In this document: positions 58,352-64,000 of the stretch, piece by piece | How the letters are laid out: every line of letters starts with the position of its first letter | Position numbering within the stretch: position 1 is the first letter of the stretch | From: the human T2T-CHM13v2.0 reference genome, Homo sapiens | Length of the DNA: 64,000 nt | Assembly (NCBI RefSeq): GCF_009914755.1 | Contig: NC_060925.1 | Direction: 5' to 3' (one strand) | Notes under the pieces: model-generated | What the model was told of the DNA's origin: nothing | Databases searched by the model: none | Seen by the model: only the letters and a program-made list of their open reading frames with translations | Position numbers and translations under genes: made by a program

Positions 58352-60589
58352 GTTATTGCCTGTCTTTTGAAAAAAGCCATTTTAACTAGGGTGAGATGAT
58401 ATCTCATTGTAGTTTTGATTTGCATTTTTCTGATGACCAATGATGTTAAGCACCCTTGTATATGCCTGCTTGCCATTTGTATGTCTTCATTTGGGAAATG
58501 CCCATTTTTAAATCAGATTATTAGATTTTTTTTTTCTGTAGAGTTGTCTGAGCTCCTTGTGTATTCTGGTTATTGATCCCTTGTCAGATGGGTAGTTTGC
58601 AAATATTTTCTTCCATTCTGTGGGTTGTCTCTTCACTTTGTTGATCATTTCCTTTGTTGTGCAGAAGCTTTTTAACTTGATGTGATACCATTTGTCCATT
58701 TTGGCTTTGGTTGCCTGTGATTGTGGGTATTACTCAAAGAAATTCTTGCCCAGACCAATGTCCTGGAGAGCTTCCTCAATGTTTTCTTGTAGTAGTTTCA
58801 TAGTGTGAGGTCTTAGATTGAAGTCTTTAATCCATTTTGATTTGATTTGTGTCTATGGTGAGAGCGAGGGGTCTAGTTTTATTCTTCTGCATATGGATAT
58901 CCAGTTTTTGCAGCACCATTTATTGAAGAGATTGTCTTTTTCTCACTGTGTGCTCTTGGCACCTTTTTTGAAAATAAGTTCACTGTAGGTTTGTAGATTT
59001 GTTTCTGGGTTCTTTATTGTGTTCCATTGATCTATGTGTCTGTTTCTATGCCAATACCAGGCTGCATTGGTTATTATAGCTCTGTAGTATAATTGGAAAT
59101 TAGGTGCACTGATTCCATTAGTTTTGTTCTTTGTTTTTTCTATTTCTGTGAAGAATTTCCTTGGTATTTTGGTAGGGACTGCATTGAATCTGTAGATTGC
59201 TTTGGGTAGTATGGACATTTTAATAGTATCAATTCTTCGAATCCATGAACATGGAATATCTTTCCAGTTTTTGGTGTCTTCTTCAATTTCTTTCATCAGT
59301 ATTTTAAAAGTTTTTTATTATAGAGAGCTTTCACTTCTTTAAATTAATTCCCAGGTATTTAATTTTATATGTGCCTATTGTAAATGGGATTACTTTAATT
59401 TTTTTTTCAGATTGTTCACTGCTGGCATATAGAAAAGCTACTGATTTTTATATGTTGATTTTGTTGATCCTGAAACTTTACTGAATTTATCAGTTCTCAT
59501 AGTTTTTTGGTGGAGTCTTTAGGTTTTTCCAAATATAAGATCATATCATCTGCAAACAAGAGTAATTTGACTTCTTCATTTCTAACTTGGATGCTCCGTA
59601 TTTTTCTCTTGTCTGATTGCTCTAGCTAGGACTTCCAGTACTGTGTTGAATAACACTAGTCAAAGTGTCTATCCTTGTCGTGTTCCAGATCTTAGAGGAA
59701 AGACTTTCAGTTTTTCTCCATTCAGTATGACACTAGCTATGAGTCTCATGTGGCTTTTATTATGTTGAGGTATGTTCCTTCCATATCTAGTTTTTTTTGA
59801 GAATTTTTGTCATAAAGGGATGTTGAATTTTATTAAATGCCTTTTCAGCATCAAGTGAAATGATTATATGTTTTTTTCCTTTGTTCCATTGATATGATGT
59901 GTCAAGTTGGCTGATTTCCATATGTTGAACCATCCTTGATTCCCAGGGATAAGTCCCACTTGGTCATCATAAATGATCTTTTAAATGTATTGTTGAATTC
60001 AGTTTGCAAATATTTTGTTGAGAATTTTTGCATCAATACTCATCTGATATATTGGCCTGTAGTTTTCTTTTATTGATATGTCTTTGTCTGGTTTTGGTAT
60101 CAGGGTAATACTGGCCTCATAGAATGAGTTTGGAAGTATTCCCTTCTTATCTATTTTTCAGACTAGTTTGAGTAAGACTGGTGGGAAGTCTTCCTTAAAT
60201 ATTTGGTAGAATCCAGGAGTGAAGCCTTTGGATCCCATGAATTTTTTCCTGGGAGACTTTTTATTATGGCTTTGATCTTGTTACTTGTTATTGGTTTTTT
60301 CAAGTTTTGGATTTCTTCATGGTTCAATCTTGGTAAGTTGTATGTGTCTAGGAATTTATTCATTTCTCCTAGATTTTCCAGTTATTGGCATGTATTTACT
60401 CATACTAGTCACTAATGATCTTTCAAGTTTCTGCTGTATGAGTTGTAATGTCTCATTTTGCATCTCTGATTTTATTTATTTGGTTCTTGTCTTTTTTTTA
60501 ATTAGTCTGTGTTTTTTTTATATAAGTCCTTTGTCTCATGTATAATTTGCAAATATTTTTTCTCCTTTCATAGTTTGTCTTTCTTTTCT

Positions 60590-63500
60590 TCCTTTTTTAA
60601 AATTATACTTTAAGTTCTGGGGTACATGTGCAGAATGTGGAGGTTTGCTACATAGTTATGTATGTGCCATGGTGATTTGCTGCACCTATCAACTACATTA
60701 GGTATTTCTCCTAATGCTATCCCTCCCCTAACACCCCACCCCACGACAGGACCTGGTATGTGATGTTCCCCTCCCTGTGTCCATGTATTCTCACTGTTTA
60801 ACTCCCACTTTTGAGTGAGAACATGTGGTGTTTGGTTTTCTGTTCTTGTGTTAGTTTGCTGAGAATGATGGTTTCCAGTTTCATCCATGTCCCTGCAAAG
60901 GACATGAACTCATCCTTTTTTATGGCTGCATAGTATTCTGTGGTGTATACGTGCCACATTTCTTTATCCAGTCTATCATTGACGGGCATCTGGGTTGGTT
61001 CCAAGTCTTTGCTATTGTGAATAGTGCCACAATAAACATACGCATGCATGACTCTTTATAGTAGAATGATTTATAATCCTTTGGGTATATACCCAGTAAT
61101 AAGATTGCTAGGTCAAATGGTATTTCAAGTTCTAGATCCTTGAGGAATCGTCACACTGTCTTCCACTATGGTTGAACTAATTTACACTCCCACCAACAAT
61201 GTAAAAGGGTTCCTATTTTTCCACAACCTCTCCAGCATCTGTTGTTTCCTGACTTTTTAATGTTGCCATTCTAACTGGCATGAGATGGTATCTCATTGTG
61301 GTTTTGATTTGCCTTCCTCTAACGACCAGTGATCATGAGCATTTTTTTCATATGTCTCTTGGCTGCATAAATGCCTTCTTTTGAGAAGTGTCTGTTCCTA
61401 TCCTTCGCCTACTTTTTGATGGAGTTGTTTGTTTTTTTTCTTGTAAATTTGTTTAAGTTCTTTGTAGATTCTGGATATTAGTCCTTTGTCAGATGGATAG
61501 ATTGCAAACATGTTCTCCCATTCTGTAGGTTGCTGTTCACTCTGATAATAGTTTCTTTTGCTGTGCAGAAGCTCTTTAGTTTAATTAGATCCCATTTGTC
61601 AATTCTGGCTTTTGTTGCCATTGCTTTTGGTGTCTTAGTCATGAAGTCTTTGCCAAAGCCTATATTCTGAATGGTATTGCCTAGGTTTTCTTGTAGGGTT
61701 TTTGTGGTTTTAGGTCTTACATTTAAATCTTTAATCCATCTTGAGTTAATTTTTGTGTAAGATGTAAGGAAGAGGTCTAGTTTCAGTTTTCTGCATATGG
61801 CTAGCCAGTTTCTCCAACACCATTTATTAAATAGGCTCACTGCTTGTTTTTGTCAGGTTTGTCAAAGATGAGATGGTTGTAGATGTGTGGCATTATTTCT
61901 GAGGCCTCTGTTCTGTTCCATTGGTCTATGTATCTGTTTTGGTACCAGTACCATGGCTGTTTTTGTTACTGTAGCCTTGCAGTATAGTTTGAAGTCAGGT
62001 AACATGATGCCTCCAGCTTTGTTCTTTTTGCTTAGGATTGTCTTGGCTATGTGGGCTCTTTTTTGGTTGCATATGAAATTTAGAGTAGTTTTTTCCAGTT
62101 CTGTGAAGAAAATCAGTGGTGGCTTGATGGGAATTTTGTTGAGGGCCTTTTCTGCATCTATTGAGATAATCGTGTGGTTTTTGTCATCGGTTCTGTTTGT
62201 TTGAGGAATTACATTTATTGATTTGCATATGTTGAACCAAACTTGCATCCCAGAGATGAAGCTGACTTGATCATGGTGGATAAACTTTTTGATGTGCTGC
62301 TGGATTTGGTTTGCTAATATTTTATTGAGGATTTTCACATAGATGTTCATCAGGGATATTGGCCTGAAATTTACTTTTTTTGTTGTTTCTCTCCCAGGTT
62401 TTGGTATCAGGATGATGCTGGCCTCATAAAATGAGTTAAGGAGGATTCCCTCTTTTTCTATTGATTGGAATAATTTCAGAAGGTAAGGTACCCGCTTCTC
62501 TTTGTACCTCTGGTAGAAGTCAGCTGTGAATCTGTCTGGTCGTGGACTTTTTTTTGGTTGGTAGGCTATTAATTACTGCCTCAATTTCAGAATGTGTTAT
62601 TAGTCTATTCAGTGATTCAACTTATTCCTAATTTAGTCTTGGGAGGGTGTATATGTCCAGGAATTTATCTATTTCTTCTAGATTTTCTAGTTTATTTGCA
62701 TAGAGGTGTTTATAATATTCCCTGATGGTAGTTTGTACATCTGTGGGATTGGTGGTAATATACCCTTTTCATTTTTTATTGCATCTATTTGATTCTTCTT
62801 TCTTTTCTTCATTAGTCTGGCTAGCGGGCCATCTATTTTGTTGATCTTTTCAAAAAAACAGCCTGGATTCATTGATTTTTTGAAGGGTTTTTCATGTCTC
62901 TATCTCCTTCATTTCTGCTCTGATCTTAGTTATTTCTTGTCTTCTGCTAGCTTTTGAATTTGTTTGCTCTTGCTTCTCTAGCTCTTTTAATTGTGATGTT
63001 AGGGTGCCGATTTTAGATCTTTCCTGCTTTCTCTTGTGGACATTTAGTGCTATAAATTTCCCTCTACACACTGCTTTAAATGTGTCCCAGAGATTCTGGT
63101 ATATTGTGTCTTTGTTCTCATTGGTTTCAAAGAACATCTTTATTTCTGCCTTCATTTCGTTATTTACCCAATAGTCATTCAGGAGCAAGTTGTTCAGTTT
63201 CCATGTAGTTGTGCAGTTTTGAGTGAGTTTCTTAATCCTGAGTTCTAATTTAATTGCACTGTGGTCTGAGTCTGTTTGTTATGATTTCCGTTCTTTTGCA
63301 TTTGCTGAGGAGTGTTTTACTTCCAATTATGTGGTCAATTTTAGAATAAGTGCGATATGGTGCTGAGAAGAATATATATTCTGTTGATTTGGGGTGGAGA
63401 GTTCTGTAGATGTCTATTAGGTCCACTTGGTCCAGAGCTGAGTTCAAGTCCTGGATATTCTTGTTAATTTTCTGTCTCATTGATCTGTCTAGTGTTGACA

Positions 63501-64000
63501 GTGGGGTGTTAAAGTCTCCCACTAACATTGTGTGGGAGTCTAAGTCTTTTTGTATGTCTCTAAGAACTTGCTTTATGAATCTGGGTGCCCCTGTATTGGG
63601 TGCATATATATTTAGGACAGTTTATTTAGGATAGTTAGCTCTTCTTGTTTCATTGATCCCTTTACCATTATGTAATGCCCTTCTTTGTTTCTTTTGATCT
63701 TTGTTGGTTTAAAGTCTGTTTATCAGAGACGAGGATTGCAATCCCTGCTTTTTTTTTGTTTTCCATTTGGTTGGCAAATATTCCTCCATCCCTTTATTTT
63801 GAGCCTCTGTGTGTCTTTGCACATGTGATGGGTCTCCTGAATATATCACACTGATGAGTCTTGACTCTATCCAATTTGCCAGTCTGTGTCTTTTAATTGG
63901 GGCATTTAGCCCATTTACATTTAAGGTTAATGTTGTTATGTGTGAATTTGATCCTGTCATTATGATGCTAGCTGGTTATTTTGCCCATTAGTTGATGCAG
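60590..64000 (-). mobile_element. L1PA7/8-type LINE-1 (continues past window) with internal ORF2 deletion
   Basis: 3' end ttatactttaagttctggggtacatgtgcag; ORF2 start MTGSNSHITTLTLNVNGLN at 63960; frameshifted. Confidence 0.92.

Overview
Human (primate) genomic DNA, recognisable as chr1q41 between MTARC1 and HLX. The only protein-coding content is the 3' part of MTARC1 (mARC1/MOSC1, + strand): exons 5, 6 and 7 (6766-6827, 6917-6988, 15006-15132; residues ~D252-Q337, including the Mo-ligating Cys273), followed by a 3'UTR with several candidate poly(A) signals (16082, 20438, 21350). The rest is intron or intergenic DNA dense in Alu, L1, L2, MIR, ERVL/MaLR/ERV9 LTRs and MER DNA transposons; 48.8-64 kb is almost all nested L1. 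Apart from L1 ORF2 remnants, the ORF track is repeat-derived or chance. I see no new gene system. The most notable items are retrotransposition products and regulatory architecture: (1) a U6atac snRNA-L1 chimera inserted into a MER33, (2) a ~380-nt polyadenylated, TSD-flanked retrocopy of unknown origin inside an L1, (3) an antisense LTR12 nested in an Alu in the long MTARC1 3'UTR, with an inverted Alu partner, (4) a divergent pair of CTCF motifs around exons 5-6, and (5) a symmetric catalytic exon 6 behind an 89-nt intron with a UG-repeat acceptor. Repeat subfamily calls and boundaries are by eye and approximate.
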